A stretch of 64,000 nt of DNA from Microcoleus sp. (GCA_042408215.1 JAYFMW010000030.1:637507-701506), one strand, 5' to 3'; shown: positions 10,256-20,496, counted from the stretch's first letter. The notes: generated from the letters alone by a model not told the origin. Made by a program: numbers and translations.

Positions 10256-11452
10256 ATGGCTTTAGGTAGACACAAGCGGGCTGTAGGATCATTTTCTAAT
10301 TATCGAGATACTGAACTCGCTCTCAGGGAACTGCAAAGTGCAGGGTTTCCGATGAATAAAGTTTCGGTAGTCGGGGAAAATCTCGATCGAGGCAAAATTG
10401 CTGGTGCTAACGTCAGCAAGAGTAGCGAGGAACAAGTTGGCGGTGGCGCCTCATCAGGGGCGACAGCGGGAGTTGTGACTGGGGGTTTGATTGGGTTGCT
10501 CGGAGGTATTGGTGCGGTGGCGATTCCGGGAGTGGGCCCGGTGATGGCGGCGGGCGCTCTTGCAACTCTGCTGGCCGACACTGCTTTAGGAGGCGCGATT
10601 GGGGCGGCGGCGGGAGGTTTAGTTGGCGGTTTGGTCGCTTTGGGAGTTCCTGAAGACAAAGCTAAAATTTACAGCGATCGCATCTCGCGCGGAGAATATT
10701 TGGTATTCGTAGAAGGAACAGATGCCGAAATCGCCACAGCCGAAGCAATTTTCAGGGTGCGGGGGATTCAAGATTGGGGTATTTACGACGTACCGGCACA
10801 CACCCATCGCAGAGCTTCGGGCCGCCACAAACGCGCTGTGGGCGTATTTTCCACCCGCCGCGAGACGGAACAAGCGCTCACAGAGCTTAGAACTGCTGGT
10901 TTCGACATGGATCGGGTTTCTGTCATCGCCAAGGATGCTGACTCCCAAGGCGAAATCGCAGGGATTGATGTGGAAGACAGCGCGGATCGCAAGGTTGATG
11001 AAGGTGCCACCAAGGGCGCCCTCACAGGCGGCGCTTTGGGCGGTTTGACTGGTTTGTTGGTGGGTCTAGGTTTGCTGGCAATTCCGGGAATCGGGCCGAT
11101 TATGCTGGCTGGAGCTGAAGCTACGGCGATCGCCACTACACTTGCTGGTACAGCTTTGGGAGCGACTGCGGGTGGCTTGATCGGAGCTCTAGTCGGTTTG
11201 GGAATTCCCGAGGCAGAAGCTAAAGCATACAGCGATCGGGTAGCTCGCGGAGATTACCTGGTACTGCTCAACGGAACTGAGGCAGAGGTCGCCACAGCCG
11301 AAAGAATTTTCGGCCGCTCCGGCATTCAGAATTGGAGTATCTACGACTATCCCAGTGTGGATACCGCTCGCAGCGATTACGGTGTTCCGGGCGCTCCTGG
11401 TGTTGATACCACGGCTGACCAAAAAACTGGGATACAAGCCCCGTCCTTCTAG
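10256..11452 (+). CDS. General stress protein (YflT-like domain plus glycine-zipper helices, internally duplicated); C-terminus altered by a mini-IS
   Basis: Two GRHKRAVG...IPG(V/I)GP...WGIYD repeats. The native C-terminus (IYDPNQGVSSSRRR*) lies at 11603-11647 beyond the insertion. Confidence 0.8.
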   Translation: MALGRHKRAVGSFSNYRDTELALRELQSAGFPMNKVSVVGENLDRGKIAGANVSKSSEEQVGGGASSGATAGVVTGGLIGLLGGIGAVAIPGVGPVMAAGALATLLADTALGGAIGAAAGGLVGGLVALGVPEDKAKIYSDRISRGEYLVFVEGTDAEIATAEAIFRVRGIQDWGIYDVPAHTHRRASGRHKRAVGVFSTRRETEQALTELRTAGFDMDRVSVIAKDADSQGEIAGIDVEDSADRKVDEGATKGALTGGALGGLTGLLVGLGLLAIPGIGPIMLAGAEATAIATTLAGTALGATAGGLIGALVGLGIPEAEAKAYSDRVARGDYLVLLNGTEAEVATAERIFGRSGIQNWSIYDYPSVDTARSDYGVPGAPGVDTTADQKTGIQAPSF

Positions 11453-11602
11453 GACGGCTTTTTGCTAGAATACAGATAGTCGCCGAGCGGGCATTGGGAG
11501 ACTCTAAACGGACGTGGAGCGACGGTAAGACTACCGCTTGCGGAGCGCGTTGCTATGAAGCGTCAAGGAATCCCCGCACCTTTAGGTCGGGGAGTATGTC
11601 AA
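11420..11602 (+). mobile_element. 183-bp non-autonomous IS200/IS605 derivative carrying an omega-RNA-like sequence
   Basis: TGAC target, same left-end hairpin as the elements at 3110 and 39774, body homologous to the tnpB 3' end at 40973-41094, ends in TCAA; excision restores the host reading frame. Confidence 0.85.
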
Positions 11603-11691
11603 ATTTACGACCCAAATCAGGGCGTTAGCAGCAGCCGTCGGCGGTAAGTGACCTCAGCGTTTGCGAATCGAGATTGAAGCGCCAAATAATC

Positions 11692-11730
11692 TCAAAAGTC
11701 GGCAATTTCCGAGAAATTGCCGACTTTTGA
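11692..11730. terminator. Perfect 18-bp stem-loop, probable intrinsic terminator
   Basis: TCAAAAGTCGGCAATTTC-CGA-GAAATTGCCGACTTTTGA, downstream of the native stop at 11647. Confidence 0.75.
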
Positions 11731-12020
11731 TTGGTTATGGAAACTAAAAAAACTGCACGTTCAAAAGTTTTATTTTGATTGGCGTTCTGGGCCCGGCAAA
11801 CCCTGTTCCGTGCAAGCGGCTCGACAGTAAAATTAATTCGTCAAATTAATTTTTACACCCCAAATCCGCAGTGGCTTTTGTATCTGTATCACTCACTACT
11901 GCTCGATTCCCAACTACCCAGTACGATCAAATTTTATGAATTACTTTACAGCAGATCTTGCTCGGTTAGTCCGCCAGCGACTATCTTTAAGTTATGGGGC
12001 AGCTAATTTCAACAACTTAT

Positions 12021-12131
12021 TCTTGCACCTCTGTCAGGAACAGGCAAGATGCCTGTTCCACAAAAAGTGAATTTTCTTGTGGGGCGGGCATCCTGCCCGC
12101 CCGTGAAAGCCTTATTGACAATGGTGCAAGA
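12021..12131. mobile_element. MITE-like element with internal REP hairpins
   Basis: Terminal inverted repeat TCTTGCACC / GGTGCAAGA; internal GGAACAGGC-AAGAT-GCCTGTTCC and GGGCGGGCA-TCC-TGCCCGCCC. Confidence 0.6.
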
Positions 12132-12977
12132 TCTCAGTTGGATTGGGCTGCCGAATTGCCGTTGGCAAGACTTGCTACAGGAATACAGTTTTCTTGGGAA
12201 TGCCTTAGCGAATCATTTGAGAAGCCCAGGAACAGCTTTTATGTCCGGGAGTGCGTCTGGTGTCAGGTGTTCTGTTAATTAGAACCGCAAGCGCTCATGG
12301 ATCGACGAGACATTAACAGCAAGCACAGAAGCGCGGGAGCAGGGGAACGGCTCGCGGCGCATTTTTTCGCGAAATCGCAGCCCAGAGGTAGTGTCTTGCT
12401 TGCTTCGCCTGGGAGTCGCTCAGCACTCAGAGGAAAACAACCTTCCTGTTGGCTTTCACTGGAACACTACACAGTGGGGGGAGGTGACACTAGCTGAGCT
12501 GGCCGGGCGCTGCTGGGTCAGGTCACTCGAAGCTAGAAGGCAGAAGGTAGAAGGCAGAATGGTTTAAGTTCCGATACCTTGTTTCTTTCTGGTACTAATA
12601 AATTCGATCGCCTGTATCGGCTTTTCGGGTCAGAATGCGGCACTGATGTCGTCAGCGATACTACCAATACTCGATCGCTCTTGTCTACGAGCGATCGACA
12701 AATTCTCAGTATTTTGGTAAATGGTTAGTAGTTAATAGTTCGCCGTTAGCAGTTAGTAAAAAATACAGCTAACAGCTAAAAAATAACATCAACCGACAAC
12801 TAAATACTAGCATAATAAGACTCGAATCGCAGGGTGCTGCGGTCAATAAACCACTTTGGTAAATTCTTGCTGTTGCCGTCAGTATTTCTTGAGAAAACTG
12901 ACTGGCAAACTCGAACTAAAAAAGTTTGTAGACAGCAGAAACAATCGAAAAATTAAGGAAACTAACGCAACTTTTTT

Positions 12978-14039
12978 ATGAATTTCACTGAGCTTTTAAG
13001 TGCTGATGAACTTTTAACTAGACATAGAAACGGGGAACGAGATTTTCGAGGGGCTAACCTCATGGCAGCTCATTTAATGGAAGCTAATCTCAGTCGGACA
13101 AATTTGAGCAACGCTAATTTAAAAAAGGCGAACTTAATCAGAAGCAAACTGATTGCAGCCAACTTGAACGGAGCCGACTTGAGCGGAGCGAATTTATCTA
13201 AAGCTAAACTGATTGAAACTAACCTCGGCAGTTCTAGTTTAACTGGAACTATTGCCATCGCAGCGGATTTTAGCGGAGCCAATCTCACGGGAGCGATATT
13301 ATCTCATGCTGACTTGAGCAAAGCTATTTTAATTGGAGCGAGTTTAGTAGGAGCTTGTTTGCTTAATGGCTCGAAACTAACTGAGGCTAATTTGAGTGGG
13401 GCGACAATGAGCCGAGCAATTATGAGCGGGGTTGATTTAACCAAAGCAAATCTGACTAGATCGATTATGAGCGAGGTTGATTTGAGCGGAGCAAATATGA
13501 GTGGAGCGACTCTCATTCGGGCTTATATCAATCGTGGAAATCTCAGCGGTATCAATTTGGTTGAAGCTTATTTGAGCGAAGCAAGTCTGCGGGAGGCTTG
13601 TGTATGTGCTGCTAATTTGAGCGGTGCTGACTTGAGCGGTGCTGACTTACAATCCGCTAATTTAAATGGATCTAACTTGACCGGTGCCTACTTACAAGGC
13701 GCTAATTTGAGTAAAGCTAATCTGAATGGTTTGATTCTGCAAAACGCTGATTTGAGGGCTGCCAATTTAAACAAAGCTTCTTTGCGGGGAGCTAATTTGA
13801 GCGGTGCTAATTTGTCGGGAGCTAGCTTGCTGGAAGCGGATTTGCGGGGGGCAAATTTGAGCGGTGCTAATTTGTCGGGAGCGGGTTTGCTGCTGAGTTC
13901 TTTGGCGGGAGCAAATTTGACAGGGGCTAATTTATCCGAGGCTAATTTGATTGGGGCGAGTTTGAATGTTGCTAATTTAAATGAAGCGGCTTTGGGCGGG
14001 GCAATTTTGCCGAATGGAGCTACTCACAGTCGCGATTGA
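12978..14039 (+). CDS. Pentapeptide repeat protein
   Basis: ELLTRHRNGERDF N-terminus followed by continuous A(N/D)Lxx repeats. Confidence 0.95.
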   Translation: MNFTELLSADELLTRHRNGERDFRGANLMAAHLMEANLSRTNLSNANLKKANLIRSKLIAANLNGADLSGANLSKAKLIETNLGSSSLTGTIAIAADFSGANLTGAILSHADLSKAILIGASLVGACLLNGSKLTEANLSGATMSRAIMSGVDLTKANLTRSIMSEVDLSGANMSGATLIRAYINRGNLSGINLVEAYLSEASLREACVCAANLSGADLSGADLQSANLNGSNLTGAYLQGANLSKANLNGLILQNADLRAANLNKASLRGANLSGANLSGASLLEADLRGANLSGANLSGAGLLLSSLAGANLTGANLSEANLIGASLNVANLNEAALGGAILPNGATHSRD

Positions 14040-14297
14040 TGGGTTGATTAACCGAAAATAGTTTTGGTTACACCTGTTCGATTGCTAGGAAATCCCCGCC
14101 CTAAAAAGGGCGGGGAGGATATCAATTATGTTTGGGGGCGATCGCCATTCAATTAGTATAGTCGGAGCGGGTTTATTTATAGCCTTGGACGCACGAGTGG
14201 TCAGAAACCGGGTTTTTGCTGAGAAGACGCGTTACAGCACGTTTTAATGAAAAAAACCCGGTTTCTTTGGTCGGAGCGCGTAAGTCCTATCAACTAT

Positions 14298-14645
14298 TTA
14301 AGCTGAAATATGGGGTTTCCATTGGTTGCGGATAGCTTGTACCAAAAGCCCTTCGCCGTTCCGCACTATTCCCCGGCGGCGATTTTCCTCAACTACAAAT
14401 ATCGCATCTCGAACTACTTCAACATTGTTACTTAGAATCAAAGTCTTTAGCCAAGGGTTAAGCTGAAATCCAGCCATTTCCACTTGCTCCAAAATTGGAT
14501 TAGACATAACTTTAAAAGTAGATGGTTGAGTTTTCGGAGAATTGGAGACAGTTTCAGCTAATGCTAGCAGGCGATCTAGATGTGCTATGCCATAAGCATC
14601 AGCAAATTCTTTAGCTGTCTGGATGTACTCAATTAGTTGTGTCAT
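14298..14645 (-). CDS. Hypothetical protein
   Basis: 115-aa ORF divergent from the ATPase pair; C-terminal GLLVQAIRNQWKP. Confidence 0.6.
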   Translation of the reverse strand: MTQLIEYIQTAKEFADAYGIAHLDRLLALAETVSNSPKTQPSTFKVMSNPILEQVEMAGFQLNPWLKTLILSNNVEVVRDAIFVVEENRRRGIVRNGEGLLVQAIRNQWKPHISA

Positions 14646-14730
14646 ATTTATCTTCTGGCTTTTTCAAAGTTTGCGGTGGAAGGCTTAGCACTAAATAACA
14701 GCTTATAAGCTACTTTCAAAAAAGTCCAAG

Positions 14731-14772
14731 AAAAATATTTCCGGTATCATAAAAATAACCGGAAATATTTTT
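14731..14772. promoter_or_regulatory. Perfect 15-bp inverted repeat (candidate operator) between divergent genes
   Basis: AAAAATATTTCCGGT-N12-ACCGGAAATATTTTT. Confidence 0.55.
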
Positions 14773-14864
14773 CCGATTGTTCAAAGAAGCGGAAAATTTT
14801 TCAAGTTTCGCGCTAGTTATGATAAAGTCAACAAGAGAGACACCAAGTTCTGAGAGGGGTTGAG

Positions 14865-15965
14865 GTGACTGGGACTGTGAACTTATGGCAAAGCTTTTTA
14901 AGATTAAAAATAGTTACTGATTATGGCTTGAGTCGGACAGAGACAGCTATTCTTCTGGCTAAGTTTCCCGATGAAAACACGGTCAAGAGTAACAGAGAGG
15001 TTGCAGATGGAGGAATCACAGAAGAAAATTCTGACATCCCGATCGACCCTGAGAATGTTCGGCGGCAAATGTGGACGATATACAATGAGCGTTTCTGTCC
15101 AAAAGAAGACCGGGAAGGTTTTTTGGGTTATAACGACAGAAGTAGCCGGGAGAAAGAGCGTGCACTTCTAGATTGGCTGAAACCCCAGTATTCAAACTGG
15201 GTGTCAAGTCAAAGGAGTGCATTCAGTACAGGCGATCGCATCCCTGCTATTTCCTCTAACCCTTTTATTCCTCAGACTGGTAAAATTGACGACCCGCAAC
15301 TGTTTTTCGGCAGAGATCGGGAAATTAGGCGAGTATTCGAGGTTCTTAACAGCAATGACAGTGTAGCTTTAATAGGAGAAGAAGGCATCGGGAAATCTTC
15401 TCTGTTATGGGCTATTTGTCAACAGGCTAAAAATCTCCTATTCTCATCACGGCGACCAATTTACTTAGACCTCAATGGAGTCAGAGATGAAGATGACTTC
15501 TACACAGCTTTGTGTGAAGAAGTTGGCATCTCTAAAAGTAATGGATATATGCTCACTCGTGCTTTGAAAAACCATAAAGTGCTGCTGGCTATAGATAATG
15601 TTGGAAAGATGACTTGGGACGGTTTTACCCGTGGAGTGAGAGATCACTTGCGGGGTTTAGCTGAGGGGCAAAATGCACCTTTGCAACTGATTGTAGCTGC
15701 TAGCGAACCTCTCGATAAACTCTTTAATGACAGTCAGGATGAAGGGAAAACATCTCCGCTTGCGGGTATTTGCCCAGAAGAGAATATTAAGCGTTGGGAT
15801 GAAGCAATTTCTGGTGCATTTATTAAAGCTCGTCTTGCTGTGACTTTGGTGCGTTTTACTGAAGAGGAAATAAGCCAGCTAGTACAAGAAAGTGGCGGTC
15901 ATCCACGACGACTGATGCAGTTGTGCTATCAAAATTATGCGCGATATGTGGAGGATGTAAAATGA
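14865..15965 (+). CDS. P-loop (AAA/STAND-like) ATPase with putative N-terminal HTH
   Basis: NPF...FFGRDREI, Walker A GEEGIGKS, Walker B LLAIDN, GGHPR. Confidence 0.8.
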   Translation: MTGTVNLWQSFLRLKIVTDYGLSRTETAILLAKFPDENTVKSNREVADGGITEENSDIPIDPENVRRQMWTIYNERFCPKEDREGFLGYNDRSSREKERALLDWLKPQYSNWVSSQRSAFSTGDRIPAISSNPFIPQTGKIDDPQLFFGRDREIRRVFEVLNSNDSVALIGEEGIGKSSLLWAICQQAKNLLFSSRRPIYLDLNGVRDEDDFYTALCEEVGISKSNGYMLTRALKNHKVLLAIDNVGKMTWDGFTRGVRDHLRGLAEGQNAPLQLIVAASEPLDKLFNDSQDEGKTSPLAGICPEENIKRWDEAISGAFIKARLAVTLVRFTEEEISQLVQESGGHPRRLMQLCYQNYARYVEDVK

Positions 15966-18736
15966 GCGATCGCAACACCGACGTTCCCCGTTTAGACTTA
16001 GCTCCTAAATTAAAGCGACCTCTTTCATTATCAAAGCCCATTGATTACTTGCGGTTATTATACTGGGTGTTTTTCTTTCCCCAAGCCTTGCGGTGGTATG
16101 TAGATACTTTCGGGGGTGGGTATATTCCTAAAAATAAAATCAATTGGCGAAAATCATGGGAGTTGCTGCGCCAGAATCCGATCCAGCGTCAGTTGTGTTT
16201 ACAAGGATTCGCATTGACAGTGATTACATTTTTGGTTGTGAATATCATTTTTCATAAAATAGGAATTCTACCCTATTCGTCTAGCGTGATGTTGGGCGTA
16301 GCATCGGGGCTATGGGTTTGTTTGACATTTGGAAGCGGGTTGGGCGTAGCATTTGGCGTGGTGTCTGGCGTAGGGTTCACCGTAACGTTTAGTGTAGCAT
16401 CAGGCTTAGCGTATGCTTTGGGATACATCCGCAGATACTTCTTTGCAGGCTGGGATGGTAGATTTTTACTAGGTGTCTTATTAAATATCGGAGTTGAGGT
16501 GATATTACCGGGGGTGGCATTAGGCTTGCCATTTGGCTTGGCGTTGGGCTTGTTGTTAGCGTTAGCCCTCAGCGTGGGAACCCGTGCAGCAGATGAAGAA
16601 ACAGATGATGTGACAGAGAACAAGATACCTGAAGGGGCAATTTTTATAGATATATCTCCATTTTTCAAGGTAATTTTTATTAGTCTTGTATTGATTTGGT
16701 TAGCCGTAAACTTATTGATGGGCAATGTGACAGCTATTGTCGCGCGCTTATTACAGGTGGCAATCTTCTTAGCTGCCGCTGCGACAGGTTTGCTGGCTAT
16801 ACTCCGTCCTGAAAATTGGTGTTTGAGTCTACTGTTTGGTGTGCGATCGCCCGCTCGGAAATACTGGCGGGTTCCCCATGTAACTCCTATTCCTATGCCG
16901 GGACTCTCTTCTCAGTTGACAAATTGGTTGCAGCACGATTGGGAAACAGGTATTTACAATGCCAACCAGTTACTTGCTTATTCTCTCCAATTCATTCCAG
17001 TTATCCAATCAATCAACCGAGTTTTAGCACTGACACCCGAAGAGCAAGTCATCTATCGCGTGAGCCAATTAGCCGAAGATCCTCATGCTTGGCGGCTGCT
17101 GTATTCGGCTTCAGCAACTCTGATGGAAACAATAAATTTGTCTAAAGATACAGAAACTCGTCTGGATACACCTGCTCGCGCTGCTGCTGCTGGTTTTTGG
17201 TACTTGTATCAAAAGAAACCAGCTCAAGCTTGTGAAGCTTTTCAAGAGGTGTTTGGTCTCCCCTATGGAAAGGAAATGTTGGCTCTGGCTGGCAACTTGA
17301 GATTACTTAACGACTCGACATCTATTCCTCTTATCGCTGAAGTCCAATTGTTTGCTGTTCCCAATGAACCTCTTCTGCGTCCATCTACCTGGCAAGCGAT
17401 CGCCTCTCTGAGTCGAGTAGTTGAAGATGTCAAAGTCGTTCAGCGCAGCGTGTCTCGTTCTGTTAGAGCAATCGCCCTCAATCGAGCATTAGGAGAAATT
17501 AAAAACCTTTTAGAAACAGCAGATACCTTGCCAAAACCAGAGAGACAGCTAATTATTAACATTGCTCGGGCTTGGAAAGAAGATTTGTTACAGATAGCTA
17601 GTGAGCAGAGGCAAGATTCCATCGCTGAGCCAGTACGCAATCCCTACGTTGTTGGCGATCCAGTCCAAGGCAAACTATTTGTCGGTCGCAAAGATATCAT
17701 CAGACAGCTAGAGGAATTGTGGGTGGCGACAGGAAATCAACTTCAGTCTGTGGTTATCTACGGTCATCGACGCATGGGCAAAACTTCTATTCTGCTTAAC
17801 GTGGCTAATTCCCTAGGTTCACAGGTAAAAGTAGCCTATGTCAATCTATTGCTAGTGGGAGATAGTCCTCAAGGAGTTGGAGATGTGCTGATGGCAATTA
17901 GCGATAAAATTTCTGATGCTGTCAACATTCCACCTCCTGCCGATGCGGATTTGCTGAATCTTCCCTATCGTACTTTTCGGCGCTATTTGAAACAAGTAGA
18001 GGCAAATCTGAGTGAAACGGGTTTGATTATTGCTTTAGATGAGTTTGAGAAGATTGAAAAACTGATTGAGAAGGGAAAGATTGACAGTGACTTTATGGAG
18101 GTTCTGCGCGGGATGGTACAAATGAGTCCTAAAATAGCTTTTGCTTTGGCTGGTTTGCATACTTTAGACGAGATGACTGGGGATTACTCTCACCCTTTCT
18201 TTGCTAGTTTTATTAATATCAAGGTTAGCTTCATGGAAAGTGCAGCTACCCGTCAGATTCTTGCTAATCCACAGGAAGATTTCCTTCTTGACTACGCGCC
18301 AGAAGCGTTATCTGCAATCTATGCTTGGACTAATGGACAGCCTTATTTAGTTCAGCTAGTGGGATTTCAGCTAGTTCGCCGCTACAATGACCAAGTTTTT
18401 GAGATGGGAAATGCTCGCGATCCGGTCTTTACGGTAGAAGATGTGAGGGCCGTTATTAATGACCATGAATTCTTTCAGCGGGGACGCTACTACTTTGATG
18501 GCGTTTGGGGTCAGGCGGCGCGGGGTGCTCCCGGACAACAAGAGGTATTAAGAGCGATCGCACCTCACCGAGAAGGACTCGATATCAACACGCTAGCTGA
18601 AATTACTGGTATGAACGAGACAAATTTACAGCCAGCACTTGATTCTTTGATACGTCACGATGTAGTTTGGGAAATTGATGGCAAGTGGAGCATTATTGTC
18701 CAACTATTTCGCGTTTGGGTGGATAAATGTATATAG
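15962..18736 (+). CDS. Membrane-anchored P-loop (AAA/STAND-like) ATPase
   Basis: Multiple N-terminal TM helices, NPYVVG...FVGR, Walker A GHRRMGKT, Walker B IIALDE, GQPY; ATGA overlap with the upstream gene. Confidence 0.85.
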   Translation: MSDRNTDVPRLDLAPKLKRPLSLSKPIDYLRLLYWVFFFPQALRWYVDTFGGGYIPKNKINWRKSWELLRQNPIQRQLCLQGFALTVITFLVVNIIFHKIGILPYSSSVMLGVASGLWVCLTFGSGLGVAFGVVSGVGFTVTFSVASGLAYALGYIRRYFFAGWDGRFLLGVLLNIGVEVILPGVALGLPFGLALGLLLALALSVGTRAADEETDDVTENKIPEGAIFIDISPFFKVIFISLVLIWLAVNLLMGNVTAIVARLLQVAIFLAAAATGLLAILRPENWCLSLLFGVRSPARKYWRVPHVTPIPMPGLSSQLTNWLQHDWETGIYNANQLLAYSLQFIPVIQSINRVLALTPEEQVIYRVSQLAEDPHAWRLLYSASATLMETINLSKDTETRLDTPARAAAAGFWYLYQKKPAQACEAFQEVFGLPYGKEMLALAGNLRLLNDSTSIPLIAEVQLFAVPNEPLLRPSTWQAIASLSRVVEDVKVVQRSVSRSVRAIALNRALGEIKNLLETADTLPKPERQLIINIARAWKEDLLQIASEQRQDSIAEPVRNPYVVGDPVQGKLFVGRKDIIRQLEELWVATGNQLQSVVIYGHRRMGKTSILLNVANSLGSQVKVAYVNLLLVGDSPQGVGDVLMAISDKISDAVNIPPPADADLLNLPYRTFRRYLKQVEANLSETGLIIALDEFEKIEKLIEKGKIDSDFMEVLRGMVQMSPKIAFALAGLHTLDEMTGDYSHPFFASFINIKVSFMESAATRQILANPQEDFLLDYAPEALSAIYAWTNGQPYLVQLVGFQLVRRYNDQVFEMGNARDPVFTVEDVRAVINDHEFFQRGRYYFDGVWGQAARGAPGQQEVLRAIAPHREGLDINTLAEITGMNETNLQPALDSLIRHDVVWEIDGKWSIIVQLFRVWVDKCI

Positions 18737-18756
18737 TGTGCTTGCGTAAGTCCTGA

Positions 18757-19113
18757 TTAGGTTCGCCACTGATTAAGCCAGCGGACTTGCCCTTTCCAGT
18801 CAGCAGCTTGTGTTTCTGAAAGCAGGCGATCGAGGGAAGCAATTAGACTAGATAATGTCCAACTGTTTTGAGCAGCCAAAATGATGCCACCATGTTCGGG
18901 ATAACGCTGAGCTAAAACCTGAAAATCGCGGATATTAAACGTAAAAATACACCGCCCTCGCGCTGTTGCTTCTAGCAATTGAGCCTCATCGCTAGCATCT
19001 AAAGCCATCCACTCAGTCGGTGTCCGAGTGACATCGTGACTGCGAGATAAAAGGGCGGCTTGCAAAGCTTTAATAGAGGTATCGGCATCTAGATGCAATA
19101 GTGGTTTAGACAT
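18757..19113 (-). CDS. DUF5615 PIN-like toxin
   Basis: LHLDAD, ASDEAQL, CIFTFNIRDF and HGGII motifs; overlaps the antitoxin stop. Confidence 0.85.
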   Translation of the reverse strand: MSKPLLHLDADTSIKALQAALLSRSHDVTRTPTEWMALDASDEAQLLEATARGRCIFTFNIRDFQVLAQRYPEHGGIILAAQNSWTLSSLIASLDRLLSETQAADWKGQVRWLNQWRT

Positions 19114-19504
19114 TAGCAGCTTCGATAATTTGCTCAGCGGCAATAGATGCGTCTATTTCTTGATGGTGAGCCGCATAAAAAGCGAGAACTTCGTTCACTT
19201 GAGCTTCACTTAAGTCATACTCAGTGGCAATTTGGTTTGGAGAAAAACCCCATTTCTGCGCTGCGATAACTACTGTTTGCACCCGCAACCGAGTGCCGCG
19301 CAAAACGGGCGCGAGTTCGCCGCTAGCGCCGCGCACATAGGTGATTTCAGGAAAAGCGCGATCGTCATTCCGCTGGTTGAGGGTAGCGACTTTTTCGGCT
19401 ACAGCCCAGAGAATAAACTGATCGAAGGAAATGCCTTGGAGTGTCGCCAATTTTTCAGCTTCTTGCTGTAGCTGAACGGGTAAGTTTAAGGTGTGGGATG
19501 TCAT
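19106..19504 (-). CDS. DUF433-containing antitoxin
   Basis: PVLRGTRLRV, IATEYDLSEAQVNEVLAFY; N-terminal ribbon-helix-helix-like segment. Confidence 0.85.
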   Translation of the reverse strand: MTSHTLNLPVQLQQEAEKLATLQGISFDQFILWAVAEKVATLNQRNDDRAFPEITYVRGASGELAPVLRGTRLRVQTVVIAAQKWGFSPNQIATEYDLSEAQVNEVLAFYAAHHQEIDASIAAEQIIEAANV

Positions 19505-19988
19505 TGATGCAACTTCCGTTTGCGAATATAATTGCAGTTTGGTGGTAGTTGAGTTTGAGAGTTTCTCAATTTTTCAAGTCTTGGAAAAACTTTAGTTTTT
19601 ATTTTAGCGCAACATCTCTGGGGGATGTAGGGTGATGATTAAGAATCCATACCTACTGATAAAAAAGCCGTAGCTTGCGGGGATCCCAGCCATCACCCTT
19701 TCCCTAAAAATACCAAAGGACGATCGATCTTTCACCTAAATCAATCTCGATTTATGCACTCCAACCAAGAAACCGGGTTTTTACGCTCATCTGTCGTCTG
19801 TAACGCAGTATTGTGGCAAAAACCCGGTTTCTGAGATCCTCTGGGTCTCTTTGCTCGCACTGCGAGAGTTCGATCGCTCTTTGCTACTTTTTGTAAAATT
19901 TTTCGGAAACCTACTTGCAAAATTTTAAACACCGTGCTATTGTTAAAAGGTTTGAGACTTAACATCAATAAAGGTAAAACCCCGCAGA

Positions 19989-20411
19989 ATGAAACAATTG
20001 GGAACCCATCTGGTCGCTGATGCTTGGCAGTCTCCTGGAGACCTGCTCAACGATCCTGAACGTATCCGCCGCGCTATTCTCGATGCGATCGAAGCCGGAG
20101 GAGCTACTCTCATCGATTTGTGCGTACACCAGTTTAGTCCTCACGGAGTGACGGCTACGGCTACTTTGGCCGAGTCTCATATAGCAATCCATACTTGGCC
20201 TGAACACGGTTATTTTGCCGCAGACTTATTTTTCTGCGGGGCCGGCGACCCTCACAAGGCCATGAAGGTGCTACAGACAGCTCTGGAAGCTAAACAGGTA
20301 AAACTCACCGAGTTCACGCGCGGTTTCGAGCCAGGGGTGGGCATCTTAGGTATTGCTTCCGAAGAGCAGTATGCGCCTCGTTTAGTAGAAACGAGTGCTG
20401 TCCGAGGATGA
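19989..20411 (+). CDS. speD: S-adenosylmethionine decarboxylase proenzyme
   Basis: HQFSPHGVT and LAESHIAIHTWPE pyruvoyl cleavage motif. Confidence 0.9.
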   Translation: MKQLGTHLVADAWQSPGDLLNDPERIRRAILDAIEAGGATLIDLCVHQFSPHGVTATATLAESHIAIHTWPEHGYFAADLFFCGAGDPHKAMKVLQTALEAKQVKLTEFTRGFEPGVGILGIASEEQYAPRLVETSAVRG

Positions 20412-20496
20412 TGAGCCAATGAGCGTAACTTTGACTATTTTATGCTAGGTGTTGGTTAAAATCCCACGGATCGAGTCGTGGGATTGTTTTTGAAAT

